A stretch of DNA of 64,000 bases, from assembly GCA_965198225.1 (NCBI GenBank), contig CBDAOY010000007.1:192001-256000 (forward strand), read 5' to 3'. A program made the translations under genes and the position numbers. Positions 49,647 to 59,435 of the stretch are shown in pieces. The notes beneath the pieces were generated by a model, which was given only the letters and a program-made list of their open reading frames with translations, was not told the origin of the DNA and searched no databases. The stretch's first letter is position 1; each line of letters begins with the position of its first letter. The stretch is from Terriglobia bacterium (GTDB lineage Bacteria > Acidobacteriota > Terriglobia > 20CM-2-55-15).

Positions 49647-50244
49647 CCCCTCGGATCTCGTCGTTGCCGATGCGAGTGTAGTCATAAACCTGAACGCGAC
49701 CGGCCGTTCCGCCGCTGTTCTTGACGCATTCCCCAATCGTATGGTGATAGTTCAGGAGGTCTCATTTGAAATAAAGAACGGCCGCCACAATGCGATCAAT
49801 GATGCTGCTGAGCTTTCTACCCTGGCTTCTAGCAATAGGATAGAGATTGTTCAGCTCGGCAAACTTGGATTGCATCATTTCGAGGACCTCATAGCGGGAA
49901 CGACGGCAAACACGCTTGATGATGGCGAGGCGGCGACGATCGCCTATGCTATTGAACAGAGCGCGACCGCCCTAATCGACGAACGAAAAGCAAACCGGAT
50001 CTGCGGTGAAAGGTTTCCGGATCTGCGGACTGGATCCACTGTCGATTTACTCTGTCACCGAGCAATCATAGAGAGCCTCGGGAACGAAATACTCAGCGAT
50101 GCCGTGTTCAACGCTCTTTATCATGGCCGCATGAGGGTCCTACCGCATCATGCGAAATGGGTGGTGAACCTTATAGGCGCGGACCGCGCTGCAAAGTGTC
50201 ACAGCATCCCAACAGCGCTTCGGCGAATCTCTTCATCCCCATAG
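49621..50244 (+). CDS. PIN-domain protein
   Basis: VVADASVVINL, LDDGEAATI and LIDERKA motifs. Confidence 0.82.
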   Translation: MVCPSCLTDPSDLVVADASVVINLNATGRSAAVLDAFPNRMVIVQEVSFEIKNGRHNAINDAAELSTLASSNRIEIVQLGKLGLHHFEDLIAGTTANTLDDGEAATIAYAIEQSATALIDERKANRICGERFPDLRTGSTVDLLCHRAIIESLGNEILSDAVFNALYHGRMRVLPHHAKWVVNLIGADRAAKCHSIPTALRRISSSP

Positions 50245-50264
50245 AACGGCGCTGCACACGAGCG

Positions 50265-50460
50265 ATGGCGGGTGCCGCCAAAGCGACCCGGGCACGCAGC
50301 GCGCTCGCCGGTGCAAACACACCGAAATACCGGGTCAGGTGTGCGCGAGGCTTCGGTACCAGCGCGGCGAGCCGGGCGGTAAAATCCATGGGCTCGAAGA
50401 TCACGTGCGTGGTGCCGTCGCGACAGGCGGTCCTCAACGTATAGCGAACATGCCCCGACC
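50265..50460 (-). mobile_element. IS91/ISCR-family transposase C-terminal fragment
   Basis: DGTTHVIFEPMDFTARLAALVPKPRAHLTRYFGVFAP. Confidence 0.85.
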
Positions 50461-50534
50461 CCGACCCTCGACGAAAACACCGGCCCGAATGTCCAACGTC
50501 AATCAAAATTCCTTCTCGAAAATAATTGACGCTA

Positions 50535-50747
50535 AACACGCTGCATTGGGTAGCGCGGCGCGGGCGTGCTGAAGCCGTGACGGTGCTGTTGGCGGCGGGT
50601 GCGAATCTGGAAGCGCGAAGCGGAGGTTGCCTCACCCCGCTGCATTGGGCAGCGGCGATTGGGACTGCTGTAGCCGTAGCGGAGTTGCTAGAGGCGGGTG
50701 CGGACCCGAAGGCGCGGGACAACGATGGCAGACTGCCTGTCGACTAC
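50535..50747 (+). pseudogene. Ankyrin-repeat gene fragment truncated by the att right arm
   Basis: TLHWVA..., TPLHWAA...LLEAGADPKARDNDGRLPVDY, then the repeat sequence begins. Confidence 0.8.
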
Positions 50748-50853
50748 AACAACCCAAACACGTTATCTTGTTGGTTCTTCTTGTCTCTAGTTCTTATCAG
50801 GCGACGGTATTAGCTGGTATTCGGCAAGAAATTGTTCAGTACATTGTTCAGTC
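50748..50853 (+). repeat. Right arm only of the att-like repeat (copy E)
   Basis: Near-identical to 44355-44460. Confidence 0.9.
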
Positions 50854-50970
50854 GGGATCAGAGGGCCCAGCCCACTACGGCGAAGCAACGAGCGCCTCAG
50901 TGTCCGGATCCCTGCTACCAGGAACGGATTCGGGAAGAGAAGTGGTAAAATTGCCTTTGAGTCGAGAATC

Positions 50971-51162
50971 ATGTCTGAGGCAACACCCTTCAAAGAAGAA
51001 GCCCGCCGGCTCGTTGACGAGCTACCCGACAACGCCACGTGGACGGATTTTGCGCGGCTGGTTATCGAGCGGCAGCGTGTCAAAGACGGAATCGCTGATC
51101 TGGATGCCGGCATTACGTGGAGCAGTGACGAGATTCGAGAAAAGCTCAGTATCCCCAAGTGA
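50971..51162 (+). CDS. Small putative antitoxin
   Basis: 63 aa (LVDELPDNATW..GIADLDAG); GTGA overlap with a RelE/ParE gene. Confidence 0.75.
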   Translation: MSEATPFKEEARRLVDELPDNATWTDFARLVIERQRVKDGIADLDAGITWSSDEIREKLSIPK

Positions 51163-51446
51163 AAGTCGTCTGGTCTGATCGGGCGCTGCGATCCCTGGCC
51201 GATATCCACGCTCACATTTCAGCCGATTCCCTAAACGCTGCGAACCGGACAGTCAATGCCATCTTGAAGCGTGGGGACCGGCTGGCTCAGTTCCCACACC
51301 TTGGTCGAGTCGTCGAGCGTTACGATCAGCCTGACATCCGTGAGTTGGTCGAGAGTCCGTACCGCATCGTGTATCGCGTACGCCCCGAGGCCGTCGAAGT
51401 GATCGATGTCTTTCATTCAGCGCAACTGCCTCCTTGGGAACGCTGA
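51159..51446 (+). CDS. RelE/ParE-family toxin
   Basis: VVWSDRALRSL, FPHLGR and IRELVESPYRIVYR motifs. Confidence 0.9.
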   Translation: MKVVWSDRALRSLADIHAHISADSLNAANRTVNAILKRGDRLAQFPHLGRVVERYDQPDIRELVESPYRIVYRVRPEAVEVIDVFHSAQLPPWER

Positions 51447-51490
51447 AGCTGACACCCGATCGGGCTGTCAATGGCACTCAGAATCTCAAG

Positions 51491-51842
51491 TTATTTGTCA
51501 AAACGACAACGCCCCGATTCCTGGCGCCTTGCCAACGACCGCAGGATCGTATCGAGAATGCCATCGAGGTTCTTGGCCAGGTCCTCGGCGAGGAAACGCA
51601 GCACTAAATAATCGTTTTCCTGCAAGAGCATGTCTTTGCGCCGGTCGCGGCGATAAGCGGCGGCGCCATCCAGATGCTGCGCCCCATCCAGTTCAACGGC
51701 GATGCGGGGGTCCACGCACAGCAGATCGACTTCCATTCGACCCTGGCCGTCAAACGGAATCGGCAGGTCCACATTCAAACGGAATCGTCCCTTTGTTTCG
51801 GTGAGAGTTTCAAGGCGACGATAGAGGAACGCCTCGGAGGCA
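51491..51842 (-). pseudogene. DUF559/Vsr-like endonuclease domain, C-terminal fragment of a larger gene
   Basis: ASEAFLYRRLE...EVDLL..IAVELDGAQH...DRRKD..LQENDYLVLRF; no start region. Confidence 0.75.
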
Positions 51843-52789
51843 TCCGGGACTACCTGGCTTGGCTCGAAGAGAAATACCCGGAACGGTTTCTTCTGCTATA
51901 TATCCCCCCCAACGGCACTCGCCCGTCGGAATGGAGCATTCGAGAGACGGAACTTGAGAAATGGAGCAACGGTTTTGCCATCATGCCGTACTGCGAAGGT
52001 TCCGAGGAGCGAACCGACAAAGATCCCTTCCGTATTCCGCAGTCGGTCGCCGACTGGCTCCGGGAGTGCCGAAAGAATTGCGAAGTGGACCGACTGCGGG
52101 AGTTCCTGCGCAACTTCGAGATGTTTTGCAGCAAGACGTTTGGAGACCAAGCCATGACGACCGACAGCGAAAGGAAGGCCGCTTCTGAATTCATATTGGC
52201 TGAACCGGACCGTCTGGGGACCGCTCTGGCGGTGTCCGCAGCCTGGCCCGCCGTCAAAGACCACGTATGTGAGAAGTTTCTGAAGCGACTGTGTTCTCAG
52301 ATCGAGACGGAAGTCAAAGAGAAACTGAAGGAGTTCGCCGACGACATGCAGCTCTGCCATACGTGTGACGGCCGCTGGTCAAGCATCTCGCTATATCGAG
52401 ATTGTTGGGCTCAATACGAAGTAAAACGCTCCGATTCAAACCGGCGCACCTCTATTAAACTGGAGGCTGACAAGGACGGGGCCAATGGCTGCTACATTGG
52501 CGTATGGTCTCCTATGGCCGTGGACGAAATGGCGAACGGAGATAAGGAACGACGCCGGCATCTTGATGGAGAGCTTAAGAACAAACTTGATCGTGGCAAG
52601 AAAGACGCTTGGTGGCCATGGTATTCTTACGTGAATGCAGACAAGAGGGATTGGAGACAACTGGTTCCGAACTTGTACAGTGAGTCGCAAGGGCAAGGCG
52701 GCGAGATTATGACGTACTTCGTTGAGAAGTTTGTTGAAGTCGCTGAGAAAGCGCTTCCGGTGATCGACGACATCGAAAGGTCGAACTGA
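51842..52789 (+). pseudogene. Probable PD-(D/E)XK nuclease family gene, 5'-truncated
   Basis: Begins IRDYLAWL...LLLYIPPNG, resembling the segment after the IENK motif of PDDEXK_4 proteins. The catalytic N-terminus is absent. Confidence 0.55.
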
Positions 52790-52849
52790 AATCGCCTCAA
52801 GTAAGAAGCCCGCATAAGTGGGCACGGACGGAATCAAACCGATGACCTT

Positions 52850-53776
52850 CTACCGTGGGAACTGGGCGGCGTTGAGCTTCCAGTAGGCATCGGTCCCTTT
52901 GAGTTGCTCGTTGTCTTCGGCGTAGACGAAAGGCCGTTTGTCATCGTTGTCCCGCGCATTCGGGTCGGCGCCGGCTTCGAGCAACGCCGCTACGACTGTA
53001 GCGGTTCCAGGCAACTCTGCACGCGCCGCGTAATGTAGCGGGGTGCAGCCGAATGCGTCTCGCGCCTCCAGATCCGCGCCTGCCTCCAACAGCGCCGCTA
53101 CGATGGCGGCCACCGTCTCCGAGAACGCCGCCCTCGACGCGTAATGCAGCGGCGTCTGGCCGTCTTCAGCGCGCACCTCCAGGTCGGCCCCGGCCTCCAA
53201 CAGCATCGTGACAACCTCAGGGATCCCGGCCGACGCTGAGTGCAGCGCAGTAAAGCCGTCTGCGGTTCGTGCGTTCGGGTCCGCCCCGGCCTCCAACAGT
53301 ACCGCAACAACCGCCCGAGTCGGGCTCGACGTCGTATGCAGCCCGCGGGATGGCGTCGCCATAAGCAGGGGGGTCTGGCCGCCTTCAGTTTGTGCGTTCG
53401 GATCCGCGCCGGCTTGCAACAGCATTGTTGCGGCCTCAGTGTTTGCGACCGAACACGCGTAATGCAGCGGGGTCCAGCCGCCCGGGCCTCGCGCGTTGGG
53501 GTCCGCGCCCGCTTCCAACAGCACCGTTACAGCCTTAGGGTTTCCGACCGAAGCCGCATGCAGCGGGGTCAAGCCGTCTTCAGCGCGCGCTTCCAGGTCC
53601 GCCCCGGCCTCCCACAGCACCGTTACAACCTCAGGGAGCCCAACCGAAGCCGCGTAATGCAGCGGAGTCCAGCCGCTGGCGCCCCGAGCGGCTAGGTCGG
53701 CGCCGGACTGTAAACAACGGGCCACGTCGGACACGGCGGCCGTCTTGAAGAAAGCTCTTGTATTCCAAGGTTCCAT
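52850..53776 (-). CDS. Ankyrin-repeat protein
   Basis: About 7 G.TPLH.A...LLEAGAD repeats. Confidence 0.92.
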   Translation of the reverse strand: MEPWNTRAFFKTAAVSDVARCLQSGADLAARGASGWTPLHYAASVGLPEVVTVLWEAGADLEARAEDGLTPLHAASVGNPKAVTVLLEAGADPNARGPGGWTPLHYACSVANTEAATMLLQAGADPNAQTEGGQTPLLMATPSRGLHTTSSPTRAVVAVLLEAGADPNARTADGFTALHSASAGIPEVVTMLLEAGADLEVRAEDGQTPLHYASRAAFSETVAAIVAALLEAGADLEARDAFGCTPLHYAARAELPGTATVVAALLEAGADPNARDNDDKRPFVYAEDNEQLKGTDAYWKLNAAQFPR

Positions 53777-53970
53777 GGCGCGCCTTTTCTCTTGGGATAT
53801 TCGGGCCCTCGGCTAGCATTGCATGAGACCCTTTAGCTGGCAGTGGGCCGTCTCCAGCTTAGCCGACTTGGGGCGGAAGTTGGATTTGATCGCGCGGTCG
53901 ATTCCTCGATGTCAGGGTGAACCCACGTTCGGCGCCGGGCTCCCGCGCGACGATTACGAGGATTCCATGA

Positions 53971-55245
53971 TCTGTCCAAGGGGCTGAAGGTCGACTCCTC
54001 CTCAAGACGCTGTCAGAGAGCCTGAACATCAATCGTTATAGCTTCGGCACTGATTTTCTTGCTCGCTATACAAAGTCGGTCGCAGGATCGGAAGATCAAG
54101 TTATAGCAGCGGCGAACCACATTGTTTTTGGGAGGCGCGGTGCTGGTAAGTCCATTCTTCTCCTGTATTCCCTGCACTCTCGCACGAATTTATCTCTTCC
54201 TTCCGTATGGGTAGACATGCAAGTGTATGCGCGGAGAGATGACGTCGGCGTCATCTCAGATGTTCTGTGCGAAGTTCTTCGTCAGATATCGCCCTTTGTT
54301 GGTCATCGACGTGAGCACGACAGAATGCTCACAACGCTACAGGCTGCCGACATTGATGAGGGATATATCCGCCCCAAGCTTCCGGCCTTGCGCCGATTAC
54401 TCTCGCACTTTTCAGAAAAGAGTCAGGATCTCTTCGTTTTCTTGGATGACTTTCATGTTTTGGCCGAATCTCTTCAGCCAAGATTGCTAGATGTTCTCTA
54501 TGCAGTGAGCCGAGGGAACAGAGTATTTCTAAAACTGTCTGCCATCGAAACATTGACACGAACCTTTGATCCGCATACCAAGCAGGGTCTTGAGCTTCCT
54601 CACGATGCACAGCCCATCCGCCTCGACTACAATCTGACTATTCCAGATCAAGCAACTCAACATATCGAAGCAATTCTCAGTTCACACTCAGAGTACTGCG
54701 GATTGCCGTCGGTAAGGAGCCTCTGCACAAGTGCAGACGTCATTCCACGTTTGACATGGGTTGCTGCAGGTGTTCCTCGAGATGCCCTCAATCTCTTTTC
54801 TCAGGCAATGACGAGGGCAGCTAGTGATGTTCGCCGACAAGTGTCGGTATCGAATGTGAACATCGCTGCATCTGAAGCCATCAACAGTAAGATTCACGAA
54901 TTGGAAGCAGATGTGTCCAGTGACGCTTATCCTTCCCTAGATGGCCTGCTTACGACCATCCGAGAGTTTTGCGTCAAGAAACACCGCAGCAACGCGTTTC
55001 TTGTTGAGATCACGAGTGACAGCGCGATACTTGAACAGGTGCGCAAGTTGGTAGACCTCCGGCTTTTGCACGTGATTAGCGAAGGAATCACGATTGGCGA
55101 AGCCGGAAGAAAGTACCTAGGACTGATCCTTGACTATGGTTTCTACACAGGTATCCGTGCCGCGCGGAGTGTGGGCCTATTTAACCGCCAGACGGCACGT
55201 GTAGCCTATAAGGATTTGCGGAAACTACCAGTGTTTGCAGAATAG
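53971..55245 (+). CDS. P-loop ATPase (ORC/CDC6-like) of lower GC; start probably frameshifted
   Basis: The frame is open upstream of 54217 and contains the Walker A HIVFGRRGAGKS; Walker B-like FVFLDDFH; GVPRD. Confidence 0.7.
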   Translation, partial: SVQGAEGRLLLKTLSESLNINRYSFGTDFLARYTKSVAGSEDQVIAAANHIVFGRRGAGKSILLLYSLHSRTNLSLPSVWVDMQVYARRDDVGVISDVLCEVLRQISPFVGHRREHDRMLTTLQAADIDEGYIRPKLPALRRLLSHFSEKSQDLFVFLDDFHVLAESLQPRLLDVLYAVSRGNRVFLKLSAIETLTRTFDPHTKQGLELPHDAQPIRLDYNLTIPDQATQHIEAILSSHSEYCGLPSVRSLCTSADVIPRLTWVAAGVPRDALNLFSQAMTRAASDVRRQVSVSNVNIAASEAINSKIHELEADVSSDAYPSLDGLLTTIREFCVKKHRSNAFLVEITSDSAILEQVRKLVDLRLLHVISEGITIGEAGRKYLGLILDYGFYTGIRAARSVGLFNRQTARVAYKDLRKLPVFAE

Positions 55246-55429
55246 CTTCTGGGCGTTATTGCGGCGCGAAATAGCACTGTCAAGTTAACTGGAATTCACT
55301 CTTTTTCGACGCGAAATCAATTCGAGCCAGGACGAAAAATCAGCGACTTGGCTGGCATGTCAATCAGCGGAATATCTAGGAAATCAGTTAACCTGCCCGA
55401 GGCTACTTAAACGGCCAACGTGACAGTTT

Positions 55430-55642
55430 CGCGGTGCATGCAATTGAGGTGCCCGAGCCCAACCCAACATTGTGGCGATCCGAAGCAAGACGGGACTGTC
55501 TCAACCGGTTTTCGCCAAGAGTATCGGAGTTCCGCTTGGCACTCTCAAGAATTGGGAGCAGGGCCGCCGCCGGCCAGAGGGGCCGGCACGCGTGCTTCTT
55601 GCGTTGATCGAAAAGCGACCGTCGGTTGTTCAGGAAGAACTC
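55430..55642 (+). pseudogene. XRE HTH (HigA/YiaG-like) fragment
   Basis: AIRSKTGLSQPVFAKSIGVPLGTLKNWEQGRRRPEGPARVLL; lacks its own stop. Confidence 0.7.
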
Positions 55643-56001
55643 CAATCCCCGATTCGTGGTGACCTCACTGTCGCCGAAACGCTTGGATGCACGCGCGCTC
55701 TACGAAGACTTTTACTGTGCACGGGGCGACATGGAGAACCGCATCAAGGAACAGCAGTTGGATCTGTTCGCCGACCGCACCAGCGCGGCCACGATGCGCG
55801 CCAATCAACTCCGACTGTATCTGTCCTCGGCCGCATACATGATCATGCACGCGCTGCGCCGGCTGGGACTGAAGAACACCGACTTGGCCCGCGCTCAGTG
55901 CCAGACGATCCGCCTGAAGCTTCTTAAGATTGGTGCCCAGATCCGCCTGACCGTTCGCAACGTATGGATTTCGATGTCGGAGGCCTATCCCTACAGCGAG
56001 C
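55641..56001 (+). mobile_element. IS1380-family transposase C-terminal fragment
   Basis: NPRFVVTSL...YCARGDMENRIKEQQLDLFADRTS...ANQLRL...TIRLKLLKIGA. Confidence 0.88.
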
Positions 56002-58365
56002 TTACCTTCACCCTCACCGTGACTGGGCGCGGGCACGAAAGCAACGGCACCGCCACCGCCACCGCCACGGTGACGGTGAACCGGGAGGCGGACACCGACC
56101 CCACCGCGCCAACGCTCACAAGTGCGAGCGTTGGCCGTTCCGGAGGTTCCACGACCCTTCGGTTCAGCGAGGATTTGGACCTGACGGTCGGGGAGGCTCT
56201 CTCTGCGGCGGCTCGAGGCGCCTTCTCGCGCACCGTCAACGGCGTCGCGCAAGATATCGCTGATATTAGAAGGGATTTTTTGACTGCCTACTCGTTGGTT
56301 GTCTACCACACAACGATCTACAGCGGCCAGACCGTCGTCGTGAGCTACGACCAGTCGGTTGCCGGCGGCGCCGCCATCGCGTACAGCGACGGTGACGAGG
56401 TCGCCTCGTTCACCACCGGTCAGGACGGCGTTCCCGCGGTGGTGAACGGTTCAACGCGGCCGGCGCCGGTCTCGCCGGACGCGACGCTGAGCGATCTGGT
56501 CGTCCACGACGGCAGTGCGAACCTGACGCTGACGCCGCCCTTCGCATCGGACACCACCACCTACACGGCGATGGTGGCGAACGCCGTCGCCGAGGTGACG
56601 GTGACGGCGATGACGAGCGATTCCGACGCGACGATCACCGACGCGGGCACGGCGGACGGCCACCAGGTGGCGGTGGCGGAGGGCGAGACCGTCATCAAGG
56701 TGAAGGTGACGGCCACGGACGGTAACACCACCCAGACCTACACGGTGACGGTGACCCGGGCGGCGGCGACGATCCCGCCGGGGCTGGAGGTGACGCTGCA
56801 GCTCAGCGCTGACGCGGTCCTCGAGGGCGATAGGGTCAGGGTGACGGCGACCGTGTCGCCCGCCTCGCCCGTGGCCTTCACGGTGACGATCTCGGCGACC
56901 CCGGTGGCGCCGGCGACGGATGACGACTTCACGCTGAGCAGGAACCGCGTGCTCAGCTTTGCCGCGGACGCGACCGCGAGCACCGGGACGGTGACGATCA
57001 GGCCGGTCGACGACGACATCCCCGAGCCCCACGACGTCGTGCGGGTGTCCGGCGCCGTGTCGAACGCGGCCATCCCGGACCCGGACGACGTGACGGTCGA
57101 GATCATCAACAACGATCCTGAAGACTTCGACATCGCGGTCAGCGCGCCGCCGGCCGTGGACGAGAACGCTGGGGCCGTGGCCGTGACCGTCACGCTCACG
57201 ACCCGGAAGAACACCGCCCCGATGGCCAACATAGACCTGTTCTATCTCGGGAAGCCGGGGGAAACCGCCACGCGCAGCGACGACTACACGCCGCCGCCCG
57301 GCCGCGACCTTGGTGCGACAGGCGTGCACTTCGCCACCGTGCAGCCCACGGCGTTCTCTCCCAACGCCGCCGGCACGGCCTGGGTGGCGGAGCCTTCCTT
57401 CACGATCGGCATCATCGACGACCAGAAAGCCGAGCTGGCCGAGACCATCGTGTTCGCGCTCCTAACCTATGGGGACCAGACGCCCGCGCACACCATCACC
57501 ATCCGCGACAACGACGGCCTCGTCCCCGGCCCGCCGACGGGCCTGCAGGCCGCGGCCAAGAGCCAGACGCGGATCCAGCTGTTCTGGACCGCCCCGGCGA
57601 ACGTCGGCAGCTTTGCGATCACGGGCTACAAGATCGAGGTCTCCGAGACCGCGGGCGGGCGCTGGCACGTCCTCGTCGCCGACACCCGCGACCCCCGCAC
57701 CGACAAGGCCCATACCGGGCTTTCGGCCGGCGACACGCGCCACTACCGGGTGTCGGCGATCAGCCCCGCGAGCACGTCGGCCCCCTCGGGCGTCGCGTCC
57801 GCCACCACCGTTGCCGCGGGCCCGGCCGCGACGAACGCCGCGCTCCCCCCGCCGCAGGACGTGAATGCGGAGCCCTTGCTGCCCGGCGAGATTCGCCTGA
57901 GCTGGTGGAGAAACCCCGACGCCGCATCGCATAACCTGGTCGATCGCCACCAGTACCAGTACCGGTACCGCATCCGCGACGCGAGCACCTGGATTGCGGA
58001 CTGGACCCCCGTGAACCAGACGGCGCTTCCCGGGACGACCGAGACCAGAAACTACAACTCGGTCCTGCTGAAGGGGTTGACCGCGCGGACGACCTACGAG
58101 TTCCAGGTGCGCTCGGTGGACAAGGGCGGCCGCTACAGCGAGGCCGTCTCGGCCCTGGGGACGGCGGTCCGTCGGCAAATGGTCTGGATCGACGCGGACA
58201 CCCGCTCGGTGGAGGAAGGAGAACCGTTGCGCTTCACGCTGTCGCGCGACCAGCCCCACGGCCGGCTGATGGTGATCCTGCGGACCAGCGAGACCGGCGA
58301 CATGCTCCCGCCGGACGGGCGCACATCCGAAGGATACTGGCACGAGCAGGTCCATTTCGGGGACG
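56002..58365 (+). pseudogene. Internal fragment of a large surface adhesin (cadherin-like beta-sandwich, Calx-beta, FN3 domains)
   Basis: DATLSDL..FASDTTTYTA..TQTYTVTVTRA; PGPPTGL..IQLFWTAP..ITGYKIE..HYRVSA; TYEFQVR. Confidence 0.8.
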
Positions 58366-59035
58366 GAAATTCGCCGATCCCGCCGTCTATATCCGGCGGC
58401 TCCTGTCGCTCGATTACGTCATCGATCACTCCGACCTGCACTGGCTCCCGACCGAAGAGGAAAAGGTTTGGTACTGCGAAGAAGTCGGCATCCCCACCGA
58501 CCGCCTACCGAAGCGGATTTATGGTGGAGCGGCCGGGAATGTCACCCGATATTTCCCCCTGAAGCTCCCCGTTGCGGGAGGGCGGACCACCACGTTTGTC
58601 TATGTCGATCCGGGCAACGGAACCTCCGCCGAACTGCGGCATTGGGGCCGGGCGCACGAGCATGTCTGGAGTGTCATGCGGGGACGCGGGATCACGGTTC
58701 ATGTGGCCGCAATCGGAGTCAACCCGGATGCCGACAGGCGAGCGCGGACTGCATTGGAGGGATGGGCGCGGGACCGGAAAAGAGTCCGGGACGGGAGCCC
58801 CCTGGAGACGGAATTGCGGGAGGAGCTGGACAGAGTTTCCAGAGCCCTCGATACCTCGGATTCCAGGATTCTCGACCGCTACGGCGGCTTTGACAATACC
58901 GGGCGGCGCTACCGGGAATTGACGGATATCCTGGCTCGACCCGCGCCGCATAACATCCGGATCGACACGTTCGAGATATGGCGATCCCGGCGCGTTTATC
59001 CCGACGGTGTGCAAATCTACGAGGCGCCGGTATGA
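58365..59035 (+). pseudogene. 5'-truncated hypothetical gene of a conjugative element
   Basis: Open frame RRLLSLDYVIDHSDLHWLPTEEEKV...RYFPLKLPV...FVYVDPG continuing into ORF 58676..59035. Confidence 0.5.
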
Positions 59036-59435
59036 GATCACAGATCGGTCATTATTTGAGAGGATCGGCCCCTCGGTTTCGCGCGAAAAATCGGGTCCCA
59101 TCCCTGCGACAATTGGATGCCCAATTACCAGCCCCGGTGCCGTACGAGGCTGGTAAAAGGTCAGGGGGTATAAATTACCATGGCCTTTTACCATTTTCCT
59201 TGTTCCATATCGCTTTTCTTAACTTGTGGTTAGGCCATTTTTACCCCCGGGTTCCGGAGCTGCACCAGAGGGGGGGAGAGTGGCGGGAGCGGCCCCACCT
59301 TTTTTTGTCTCGTGCTGCACCAGACCCCCTCGCTATATTCCATCGCGGGGGTCTGGAGCCGCCCTCCCCAAGGGGGACCGCTCCCGCCACAATGATCCCT
59401 GCGGGAAGGCCTGGATTCCGGCGGAGTGCGACGGC

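Noticed and set aside
51674-51841. N-terminus of the 371-aa ORF 51674..52789
   Set aside because: It is the antisense of the DUF559 fragment; real coding signal starts at ~51842.
55626-58562. Genuine 978-aa transposase-adhesin fusion protein
   Set aside because: It has no proper start and is stitched from an IS1380 C-terminus, an internal adhesin piece and out-of-frame sequence of another gene.
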